A DNA stretch of 64,000 nt, from the IMG/VR virus record IMGVR_UViG_3300030107_002792. The stretch is one strand, 5' to 3'. This stretch comes from an uncultured virus (IMG/VR IMGVR_UViG_3300030107_002792) (lineage: Duplodnaviria > Heunggongvirae > Uroviricota > Caudoviricetes > Kyanoviridae). The position numbers and the translations under genes are program-made. The notes below the pieces were generated by a model. The model ran no database searches, was not told where the DNA came from, and saw only the letters and a program-made list of their open reading frames with translations. Positions 1 to 10,000 of this stretch are shown in pieces (position 1 is the first letter of the stretch; every line of letters starts with the position of its first letter).

Positions 1-2
1 TT

Positions 3-182
3 AACATGTGTCTTGAAGCAATCGCTGGTAGGTTAGTAGAGATAGAAAAAAGGATCCAAGAGATGCCTACACCAGATAAAACCTACTATAAACCATCAGA
101 TGAGGACAAAGATCTCGATTTATTCCAAAATTTCACTAAAATTTACGAAAAACTAGACAAAATTGAGAAAAAAGTGCTATAA
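3..182 (+). CDS. 3' part (or short whole) of a hypothetical phage protein
   Basis: Open frame from the window edge (NMCLEAIAGRLVEIEKRIQEMPTPDKTYYKP...KVL) to TAA at 180-182; not in the ORF track. Confidence 0.5.
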   Translation, partial: NMCLEAIAGRLVEIEKRIQEMPTPDKTYYKPSDEDKDLDLFQNFTKIYEKLDKIEKKVL

Positions 183-234
183 TAAGCATATATGTGGCGA
201 GCGATCCACAAATTAACGTAATTTAAGGTATTTT

Positions 235-381
235 ATGGCAAAATCCGTTGCTTGGGGCTCAGATAAGAACTATATTGAGCCTATACCCAAGAAAACCCGT
301 CAAGGACGTTCTGCAAGAACAAAACTTGCAGCGACTTCACGAAACCATGCACAAAAGAAGTATAGAGGACAAGGAAAATGA
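235..381 (+). CDS. small basic hypothetical protein (48 aa)
   Basis: ATG at 235 after AAGGT; MAKSVAWGSDKNYIEPIPKKTRQGRSARTKLAATSRNHAQKKYRGQGK; stop overlaps the next start (ATGA 378-381). Confidence 0.7.
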   Translation: MAKSVAWGSDKNYIEPIPKKTRQGRSARTKLAATSRNHAQKKYRGQGK

Positions 382-581
382 TTCATTTTGCAGCAGCATC
401 ACTAGATCTTAACGAGGCATGGAACCTCTCTTGGGGAGAAGGTATCCAATTCATACTAGTACTTGCTTTTGTCTATTGGTTGAAGGTAAAAATTGATACA
501 CGAGCTGGTCTCGGAAAGAAGAAGCTAAGACAATTAAAAGGTGTTATAATAGAGGCAATTAAAGAAGCCAACAATGAGTGA
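378..581 (+). CDS. small hypothetical membrane protein
   Basis: 67 aa, one hydrophobic stretch (IQFILVLAFVYWL) followed by a basic tail; overlaps both neighbouring ORFs. Confidence 0.65.
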   Translation: MIHFAAASLDLNEAWNLSWGEGIQFILVLAFVYWLKVKIDTRAGLGKKKLRQLKGVIIEAIKEANNE

Positions 582-723
582 AGAATTTAATCGAATTGCT
601 AATGCACTTGAAAGAATTGCTAATTCTTTAGAACATTTGCATATTGAACAGATCGATCATGCTCACATAGATGACATCGGTGAGATACATGGTGATGTTA
701 TTACTCATCCTAAGCAATTTTGA
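574..723 (+). CDS. small His/acidic-rich hypothetical protein (49 aa)
   Basis: MSEEFNRIANALERIANSLEHLHIEQIDHAHIDDIGEIHGDVITHPKQF; exactly fills the gap between flanking ORFs, with overlaps at both ends. Confidence 0.65.
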   Translation: MSEEFNRIANALERIANSLEHLHIEQIDHAHIDDIGEIHGDVITHPKQF

Positions 724-1346
724 GACCAAATAAGACCGATTTTAACCTTTTTCCCACTCCAGTAACCCATTGGAGGGGATTATTAAAGACTATAGAGGTT
801 CAACCTATAGTCGATTTTTGTAAGGACTACCAATCAGGTCAACATAATATGTTAGAAGGGGACGCAGTATGCTCTAGTGGCAGTACACGTCCTCTTTCTC
901 ATACAGACAGTATTTTAAATGAGATAGATAAAACCCTTGGTCTAGACCTTTCTGAGGCATTAGAGGACGTTTTAAACAGGTATGCGAAGCAATACGGCAT
1001 ACAACCAGTAACTTTGACTAATAGTTGGTTTAACCTCCAATCTGAAGGGAGTGTCTTAAGACAACATAATCACCCCTTTAGTGTAATATCTGCTGCATTA
1101 TTTGTTAATGCACCTAAGAATTGTAGTAAATTATATTTTGAAAATCCAAATCCTCATATAGAGTTTAATTATAGGTTGGATGAGAAGGGAAGAGATGAAA
1201 GTTTATATGAATATTGGCATTTTGAACCAGAATCAGGAGATTTAGTGATATTTCCATCATGGTTAAAGCATGGATCAATGTATGAAAAGAATAATAGTAC
1301 TGATCGACTAGTCATAAGCGTGAACGCAGTTAGGAAAACCGACTAA
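720..1346 (+). CDS. putative 2OG-Fe(II) oxygenase (TIGR02466-like)
   Basis: LFPTP N-terminus, SWFN, HxH motif (QHNHP), 'GDLVIFPSWLKHG' and 'RLVISVN', typical of cyanophage 2OG-Fe(II) oxygenases. Confidence 0.85.
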   Translation: MRPNKTDFNLFPTPVTHWRGLLKTIEVQPIVDFCKDYQSGQHNMLEGDAVCSSGSTRPLSHTDSILNEIDKTLGLDLSEALEDVLNRYAKQYGIQPVTLTNSWFNLQSEGSVLRQHNHPFSVISAALFVNAPKNCSKLYFENPNPHIEFNYRLDEKGRDESLYEYWHFEPESGDLVIFPSWLKHGSMYEKNNSTDRLVISVNAVRKTD

Positions 1347-1349
1347 ATA
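1343..1349 (+). promoter_or_regulatory. T4-type late promoter motif (CTAAATA)
   Basis: Variant of the gp55-dependent TATAAATA motif, 25-30 nt upstream of the SET/gp25 unit. Confidence 0.55.
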
Positions 1350-1371
1350 GTAAGATAGTTATAATGTAGTT

Positions 1372-1656
1372 GTGATGTATAAGGCACTGCCCGATGGATT
1401 ATTCATCAATGAAAGTTCTATTGCTGGTCAAGGTATCTTTACCCGTGTAGCAATAGATGTTGGCACTGAACTTGGTATGTCTCATCTTATTATTGATAAT
1501 GAGATTATTAGGACACCGTTAGGAGGGTTTATTAACCATTCTGACCATCCAAATTGTGAAAAATATCTGATAGATAATCGATATTATGTGCGAGTGATTA
1601 GACCAGTTGTTCCAATGGAAGAATTGTTTCTTAAGTACACATTTTATACTGTTTAA
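1372..1656 (+). CDS. minimal SET-domain protein (putative lysine methyltransferase)
   Basis: SET motifs: 'SSIAGQGIF' (GxG), 'GFINHSDHPNC' (NHS), 'EELFLKY' (ELxxxY); start GTG 1372 or ATG 1375. Confidence 0.8.
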   Translation: MMYKALPDGLFINESSIAGQGIFTRVAIDVGTELGMSHLIIDNEIIRTPLGGFINHSDHPNCEKYLIDNRYYVRVIRPVVPMEELFLKYTFYTV

Positions 1657-2075
1657 TGGCATTAAAAGAAGTTTCTGGTAAGAAAGTAAACTTATCCCGT
1701 GCATTTAAAGATATTGCATTTGGGTTAAAACGTAATAGTATTACGAAGGATAGTGGTGTCGTTAAGAATGAGAATGCTATTAAACAAGCAATAAGGTGTT
1801 TAGTTCTTACACAAAAGGGAGAAAGATTGTTTCAACCCGATATTGGGTGTGCAGTATTTGAACTCTTGTTTGAACCCTTAGATCTTATGACTGCTGATGC
1901 AGTTAGAGATGAGATAATAAATACTCTTAATCAGTATGAGCCTAGAATTAGTCTAATCGATGTTACTGTTAACGTATCAGAAGTCTATAGTAGATTTGAT
2001 GTTACTGTAGAATATCGCATAGTTGGACAACCTATCGTTGAATCTGTCGATTTCGTATTAAAGAGACCTGAATAA
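1656..2075 (+). CDS. gp25: baseplate wedge subunit gp25
   Basis: 'NENAIKQAIRCLVLTQKGERLFQPDIGC...LLFEP...YEPRI' gp25 signature; directly upstream of gp6. Confidence 0.93.
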   Translation: MALKEVSGKKVNLSRAFKDIAFGLKRNSITKDSGVVKNENAIKQAIRCLVLTQKGERLFQPDIGCAVFELLFEPLDLMTADAVRDEIINTLNQYEPRISLIDVTVNVSEVYSRFDVTVEYRIVGQPIVESVDFVLKRPE

Positions 2076-4075
2076 TGCAACCGAATAATCTTACAGCATT
2101 AGATTTTACCGATGTTAAAGCATCTATTAAGTCCTATTTGAGGACTCGTGAAGAGTTTACTGATTATGACTTCGATGGAGCAGCATTATCGTATCTAATC
2201 GATGTATTAGCGTATAATACCTATTATACGTCATTTAATGCTAATATGTCATTAAATGAAGCGTTTTTACCTTCTGCTACAGTTAGAGACAATATTGTAA
2301 ATATTGCAAAATTACTAAATTATGTTCCACGTTCTATTATTGCATCCCAAGCAACTATAAATTTAGACGTTCAAACAACGCAAACAAGTAATTCATATCC
2401 AAGTACTATTACCCTTGCTAAAGGACCAGTAGTATCTGGTGGTAAGTATTTCTTCAATGTCGTTGCACCTACTACTGCATCTGTTGATTCTGTTACAGGA
2501 AAGGCGACTTTAAGTGATCTTGTAGTTAGACAAGGATCTATAGTTTCATTTTCTTATATTGTTAATACTTTCCAACAACAGACTTATGTAATCCCTTCTC
2601 CTAACTGCGATATTAGCACTTTAAGTATTAGGGTAAAAGCAAACGAATCTTCAACAACATCTGATTTATACAATAGAGTAGACACAGTAACTAATCTTAC
2701 CGCTACTTCAAGGATATTCTTCCTCTCTGAGGGTGAAGATATGCGTTATGAGGTTAAATTTGGTGATGATAGTATAGGTCGTGCTTTAAAAGATGGAGAA
2801 GTTGTTACTCTTGAGTACCTAGTTACGGATGGTGCTGAAGCAAATGACATCAATAGACTCTCATTTATTGGTCAAATTAGCGATTCTTTAGGAGGATCTT
2901 ACACTGCATCCGATACTACGCTCACAATTGTCAATAAATCTCAATTAGGAGCCGCAGCTGAGTCGGTTGAATCTATTAAATACAATGCTCCACGGTATTA
3001 TTCTTCTCAATATAGAGCAGTTACCGCACAAGATTACGCTTTAATTACTAAAAAGGTATATGATAACGCAGATTCTGTAGTTGCATATGGTGGAGATTCA
3101 TTGAATCCTCCAATTTACGGAAAAGTATACATTGCTATCAGAACTAAAACAGGATCATTACTCAATGATCAGACTAAAAAGACTATTGCTGCTTCACTTA
3201 GGAACTATGCAATGGCATCTATTGACCCTGTAGTCATTGATCCAGAGAATATTTTCATATATCCTAAAGTTTTTGTTTCATATGATACAGGATGCGGATC
3301 TGATACATCAACAATTAAGACTAATGTGTCAAATGCTATTACTGATTGGGCTAGTCAAACACAAATAAACAATTTTAATTCTACCTTTAGATCACAGGAG
3401 TTTGAAAAAGCGGTTACATTGGCAGACAAATGTGTAACTGACGTTTCACTTCAGACAACTATTCTAAGGTACATTAATCCAATTACCAACTCAACCAACA
3501 CATATACCATTTCTACTGGTTCAGCACTCTATAACAGTGCTCCTAGTTCGACTGATGTTACATCTACAACTACAACAAAAGAACCAATCTTGTTATCTGG
3601 ATCGTTTAGAACTTCTGACAGACCAGGTATTGATCAACAATTTGAAGATGATGGTTTTGGTAAGTTAAAAACCTTCTATAATACTGGAACTAGAAAGGTT
3701 TACACTAACACTAGTGCGGGTACAGTAAATTATGACACTGGAACAATTGCTTTTGGACCAGTTAATATAATTGGATCTGGATCTAACGTATCAACAACTG
3801 CAGTTACAATCACTGATTCCACTACTGGTGTTGGTAGTGTTAGTGATGCATCGTTGCTTCCTACTGGATTACAGATTCCTGTTCAGTTTATTCCTGCGAA
3901 CTCTAGTAGCATTCCTGCTTCTACACCAGGAACTATTATTAATATCGTTTTACCAGAAATAACAGTCGCTGCAATTGGAACGACTCCACCTCCTACTATC
4001 CCACTAAATAGTTTGACACCAACAATCTTTGATCAAACACCATCAACGGTTGCAGTCACATCCAGTTCATCATAA
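2075..4075 (+). CDS. gp6: baseplate wedge subunit gp6
   Basis: 'LDFTDVKASIKSYL...FTDYDFDGAALSYLIDVLAYNTYY', 'FGDDSIGR', 'RAVTAQDY'; T4-like gene order. Confidence 0.93.
   Translation: MQPNNLTALDFTDVKASIKSYLRTREEFTDYDFDGAALSYLIDVLAYNTYYTSFNANMSLNEAFLPSATVRDNIVNIAKLLNYVPRSIIASQATINLDVQTTQTSNSYPSTITLAKGPVVSGGKYFFNVVAPTTASVDSVTGKATLSDLVVRQGSIVSFSYIVNTFQQQTYVIPSPNCDISTLSIRVKANESSTTSDLYNRVDTVTNLTATSRIFFLSEGEDMRYEVKFGDDSIGRALKDGEVVTLEYLVTDGAEANDINRLSFIGQISDSLGGSYTASDTTLTIVNKSQLGAAAESVESIKYNAPRYYSSQYRAVTAQDYALITKKVYDNADSVVAYGGDSLNPPIYGKVYIAIRTKTGSLLNDQTKKTIAASLRNYAMASIDPVVIDPENIFIYPKVFVSYDTGCGSDTSTIKTNVSNAITDWASQTQINNFNSTFRSQEFEKAVTLADKCVTDVSLQTTILRYINPITNSTNTYTISTGSALYNSAPSSTDVTSTTTTKEPILLSGSFRTSDRPGIDQQFEDDGFGKLKTFYNTGTRKVYTNTSAGTVNYDTGTIAFGPVNIIGSGSNVSTTAVTITDSTTGVGSVSDASLLPTGLQIPVQFIPANSSSIPASTPGTIINIVLPEITVAAIGTTPPPTIPLNSLTPTIFDQTPSTVAVTSSSS
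4004..4010 (+). promoter_or_regulatory. late promoter motif inside the 3' end of gp6
   Basis: CTAAATA about 80 nt upstream of the giant ORF start. Confidence 0.45.
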
Positions 4076-4087
4076 TTAGAGCATTAG

Positions 4088-7000
4088 ATGACAAGTATCA
4101 ATAAGGTTTCACAGGCAGTCAATAGACAGACTCCCGAATTTGTAGAGCAGGATTATCCTCTCTTTAATAAGTTTCTTGAGTATTATTATCAATCTCAGGA
4201 AAAAACAGGTCTAGGACAGAATATTCTTAATAACTTCCTTGGTTATTTGGATATTGATAAACTAGACATTAGCATTCTGGATGGTGCAACGAAGGTAGTA
4301 GAATCAATAAGTGCGACAGACGATATAATAATTGTAGAGAGTGTTGATCAATTTCTTGAGAACGATGGTTCTGTTCTCATAGGTGATGAAGTAATTTACT
4401 ATGAAAAAGCACAAGCTGGACCCAATATTGCTCTAAGTCCAGGTGTTTCTTATGATCAGGTTAAATTAAAGTGGATTAACCTTGCAAGTCCATTAATGAG
4501 TTTTGATGGGTCTAGACAATCTTTCCCATTAACATCTCAAGATAATCCTATTGCTCCACCTTCTGTGCAGCATTTGATTGTTAGTAATTACGGTAAGGTT
4601 TTAATTCCTGGTACAGACTATAGTGTCGAAGGAACAAATATAATATTCACTACTGCTCCTAGAACTAGAATACCTGCTGATGATGCGTCATCAACTTATA
4701 TTACTTACTTAAACGGTTTTAATGAGAATACGATTGTTGCTTTAGACAATCTTTCTGGTAGTTTTGGTGAAAGTAAGAGACAATTTACTATTACTAGATC
4801 TGGTGCAAGATATGAACCTATTGCTGATGAATATGTTCTTGCAATTTATGATAATCGTCTATTAACTCCAAAAGTAGACTTTTTCATCGATGGTGATCAA
4901 TTTATCTTCTTAACAGCACCATTAAACGGTAGATTCCTTTCATTATTCTCTATTGAAGCACCTATTCCTTCTTTTGGTGCTGGTGCTGTAGGTTATGCAC
5001 GTATTAGTGATACTGGAACTCTAACTGGTATTTCTATTAGTAAAAATGGTACTGGATATAAGTCTGAGTATCCTCCAAAGATTTCTATTAATACTGAGAA
5101 TGGTAGCGGTGCTTCTGCTTCTGCTTTAGTTAATGGTCTTAAGAGTATTGCACTATTAGAAGGTGGTCAGGGATATAGTAGCACTAATCCACCTGTAGTT
5201 CAAGTTCAAGCACCTACTGCTGTAGGAGCAACTGCAGCAACTGTTTCTGCGACTGTTACTAATGGTGCTGTCAGTGCTCTTACAATCACTAATTCTGGTT
5301 CTGGATATACATTCACACCTAGAATCACTTTCAGGCAACCAGGAGGTGCTGTACTAGGCACTCCAACCGTTGTTAATGGACAGATTACTGCAGTAAGTAT
5401 TACTAGTTCTGGTTTTGGATATACAACTGTTCCAACAGTCTATATTGATGAACCAACTGGTACAAATCCAATTAAAGCAGCGTTCCAAGCAGTTTTAAGT
5501 AGTGATGGTGAAATTACATCCATTAACATTTTAAATGCTGGTCAAGGGTATACATCTACTCCTAGAATGGCAGTTATTGACCCAGTAGGTGCTCAAGTTC
5601 TTGAAACTACTGTTGATAATCAAGGTAGAGTAACAAATATTGAACTTTTAAGTGGTGGTGTAGGTTATAGTGATGTTCCTTCTGTTTATATCGTAGATAA
5701 CAGAACTGATGCTACTGGTGCATATGCTGGTGGAACTGGTGCTATAGCAACTGCATCAATCTTCAATGGTCAGATTACAGATATTAATATTAGTGCTTTT
5801 GGTGGAGGATACAGTCAATCTGCTCCTCCCGTGGTTGTTATTCAAGCACCTCCTGCTGCTGAAGCATCTGCGGAGATTGGTTTAAATGAAGTTACTGGTT
5901 TTACAGTAAATCAAGCTGGTAGCGGATATCAGAAGGCACAATTGACTGGATGTGCTCGTGCTGCGTCTTCTATTACTTCTTATACGGAAAGTGGTAACGC
6001 AATATTTACAAATAATACTATTGCATCTGCACATGCGGTAGATGAACCAATTAAGTGCTTAGATGCGTTATTTGTTAAGAGATTACTTGACAAGTACACA
6101 GAACAGTATTTACCAGATGTTCCTACATTAGATTACTCTAAAATTGATGTTAGAACAGCAATTAAGACAATTAAGGACTTTTATAGTTCTAAAGGAACAT
6201 CATACAGTATTGGATATCTCTTTAAACTACTTTATGGTGAGACAGTTAGTATATCTTATCCTAAAGATCAGATAATCAAACCATCTGCTGCAACATGGTC
6301 TATTGACACTATTTTGCGTGCTACTTTAGTTAGTGGTGATCCTACAGATATTCAAGACGGTCTTTTAACCCAAGAAGCGGATATTGCTGACCTTAATGTT
6401 AAAGAAGCAAGTGCTCTTGTAGAAAATTATATTTCAATTAGAACATCACAAGTTACCATATATGAATTAGTTCTTTCCGAAGAAACTATTGCGGGAACCT
6501 TTATTGTTCCTTATAAGACAAAATTAGCAGAACCGCTTAATAAAACTGAATCTATTATTACTGTTGACTCTACAATTGGTTGGCCTGAAAGAAACGGTGA
6601 ATTTATTATTGGTAGTTCAACTGATACTAGAGAAATTGTTCAATATAAGGAAAAATCATTAAACCAGTTCATTGAGTGTACTAGATCAGTAAATGGTGTA
6701 GTTGAGGACTGGGATTCTGCTACAGAGGTAAAATCTAACTTTAATGTTTACATTAATAAGGGAACTCCTCAAGAAGTGGTGATGAATATTGTTGGTATCG
6801 TTGATGCTCAACAAACAACTCTTACTGATACTGGATCTTACTACTTACCTGGTGATAAATTAACAGTTTCTAAGTTAGGTGGAACAGGAACTACTCCTGA
6901 ACTTACAACTTGGTTGTATAACGTTAAAAAATTAATCGAAGTTACTTCTGTAGCATTTGGTGGTATTAATAACCAATCCGCGACTATTACTTGTAAGAAT

Positions 7001-10000
7001 GATCACGGTCTTTTGGTAGGAGATCAGGTAACCATCTATGGTGCTAACCCAATCCTTTATAATGGAACATTCCTTGTAACATCTAGAGATAGTGATACTG
7101 TTTTCCAATATGCATTACCTCAACCTGCTACTGTTATCCCACAGGGTAATATTCTGGTATCTATTGACCTTAACAAAGGTAAATCTACTAGTACTGCAAT
7201 AAACAATGCTATTAGTCCTTATACGACTAACGTTCAGAACTCATTCTTTAACGACAATTACGTTTATCTTGCTTCTACTGGTATTCCAAACTATAATATT
7301 GGACCTTTCCCAGGATCAGCACTTCTTCCTGGTAACCAAAGAAAATTAACAAGATTCCCTAAAATACCTACTACAATTTCTACAAAGGACTTAATTGGTG
7401 CTGGTCCAATTGGAACTTGGGTAAATGGTGTTTCTGTATGGTCTTATAAGTCAAGTTTAACTAAGACATTTGGTGCTATAACAAGTATTGGCATTACAAA
7501 TGCTGGTTCAGGTTATGATGCTGCTTCTCCTCCTGCTATTACAATTTCTGGTGGTGGAGGTTCTGGTGCTACTGCTTCCGTAGTTGTTGACGGTGCTATC
7601 AGTGAAGTTACTGTAACTACTGGTGGATCTGATTATACATCCTCACCATTGGTCTCTATAGTCGGTGGAGGAGGGTCTGGAGCTGCTGCAACCGCTATTA
7701 TTACTAAAGGTGTTGTTTCACGTATTCTAATCAATTCTGGTGGAACTGGATATACTTCACAACCTCAAATTACTATTGTAGGTGGAGGTGGTTCTGGTGC
7801 TGCTGCTACCGCATCTGTTAGAGGTCCGATTAAAACTATTAACGTTGCTTCTGGTGGTTCCGCATACACATCTAAACCTAGTGTTACTTTAAGTTCTGGT
7901 TCTGGTGCTGTTGCACAAGCAATTGTACAGAATGGACGTATTATATCAATTGCTATTATATCTGCTGGATCTGGATATACTACTGCTCCTGAAATTACTA
8001 TTCAAGGTGATGGTTTTGGTGCAGTTGCTAGAGCAACTATTGACGTTGATGGAGAAAATGCTGGTAGAGTTACTAATATTGAGATTATTAACCGAGGTAT
8101 TGGATATCTTCAAGGAACTACTATTATTAATCTAGATTCAGTTGGATCTTCTGCATTATTCAGTGCAAATGTATTTGAGTGGACTTATAACTTACAATCA
8201 ACCGCAACTTTAGACTCTGCAAAGGGTGGTGTATTTGAAGGATATAATAATCAGTATGGTGGTGAATATGCCCACCTTTCTAACCCACAAACACTAAGAT
8301 ATATCTTAGGTGATAACCTTTATGAGTCAAACACTGGTACAATCCTAGAAAAAGAGGATTCTGTTGTTCACTCACCTATTATTGGTTGGGCATTTGATGG
8401 TAACCCAATTTATGGTCCTTATGGATATTCTGATCCAACTGACCAAGGTTCTGTAATAACTAGATTGAGTACTTCATACAGGGTTAAACCTGCTCTTATA
8501 TATGATGCTGCAACTAATCCATACCCAGTTAGAACTGATGGACCTTTACTTACGGATACAGATAGTAATGGAACTCTATTGTATCCATATGGTTCTTTCG
8601 TTGAAGACTACGAATATGTTTTTGGACTAGGGGATCTAGACCAATATAATGGTCGTTTTTGTAAAACACCTGATTATCCAACTGGTAGATATTGCTATTT
8701 TGTTACTATTGACAATACTACTGCTGGTAATCCTGAATTCCCATATGTTTTAGGACCAAGTTTCAACTCTGTTGTAGATAAGTGGAATTTAAGCACTTCT
8801 GCTGTTCAGCAGAACATTCCTACTGGTGTTGTCCGTTATAGAGACCCATATGAGAATGTTGACATTGATGTATCAAGAGCACCTAATGTTTCTACAAATG
8901 CTCTTACAACTGAATCTGGAGATATAATCTTATTTGAAGTAGAAGATGAAGATAGAAGTGGTGTAATAGATCAGATAGAAACTGATGATCCAGATCAAAT
9001 GTTTGAAGAATCACCTTTACAGTTATTTGATTACTTCCCTAAAGTAACATTTGACTCTAAAGTTGATATTGAAGTAGAAACTATCACTAAATTTGAAGAT
9101 GCTTCTGTAAATGGATTTACTATTGAAAACCCAGGTATTAACTATCAGGTTAATGACCGTTTAGAATTTGATAATACTGGTACTGATGGTACTGGTGTTT
9201 CTGCTCGTGTTTCTAGAATTAAGGGTGAAGCAGTTGAAAGTTATAGTTTTGAAAACATTAGTGGAGAGAATTTTGGTGTTTTAAAGACTACAGAACCTCA
9301 TAACCTAGTAATTGGTGATAGTGTCTTTGTGACATATAATCCAATAATGAATAATACGAACAAGACCTTTACTGTTCGTCAATTCAAAGGTATTGAAGAA
9401 ATTGTTATTAATCAGACTGGTTCTGGTTATAATTCTGATATTCCTCCAACAATTACTATTGATAGTGCTACTGGAAGTGGTGGAGAATTACAAGCAGTTG
9501 TAACTACTGTTGGAGCAATCGAGACTGTTAATATTATTAATTCAGGTTCTGGATACACAACTAATCCTCGTGTTATTCTTTCACATCCACAGGTGTTTAA
9601 GAAAGCAGATTACTATGTTTCTAAGATTGATAATAACAACTATGTTAAAGTAAATGACGTTGTTATTAATGAAAATAAAGAAATCTTTATTTGTGGTAAA
9701 ACAAAGGATACTAATGGTAACGAAATTGGTTTTGTTTCTAAATTATCTGCAACTGGTGTTAAAGAATGGGAGAAAAATTTAGAACTTACTGGTGGTGGAC
9801 AATATTGTGAATTCCAAAAACTTTATGTTGATGGAAATGATGTTTGGGTTGTTGGTAACAATAGACCAAATAGTAATCTTTTAGATTCATATAACCCAGA
9901 TATTATTCTAGCCAAGTACACTCAAGCATCAAATGGTCTTAGTGCAACACTAGGATTCCAGAAAGGATATGCTGGTATTTCTGGTTCTACTCGTTCTGAT

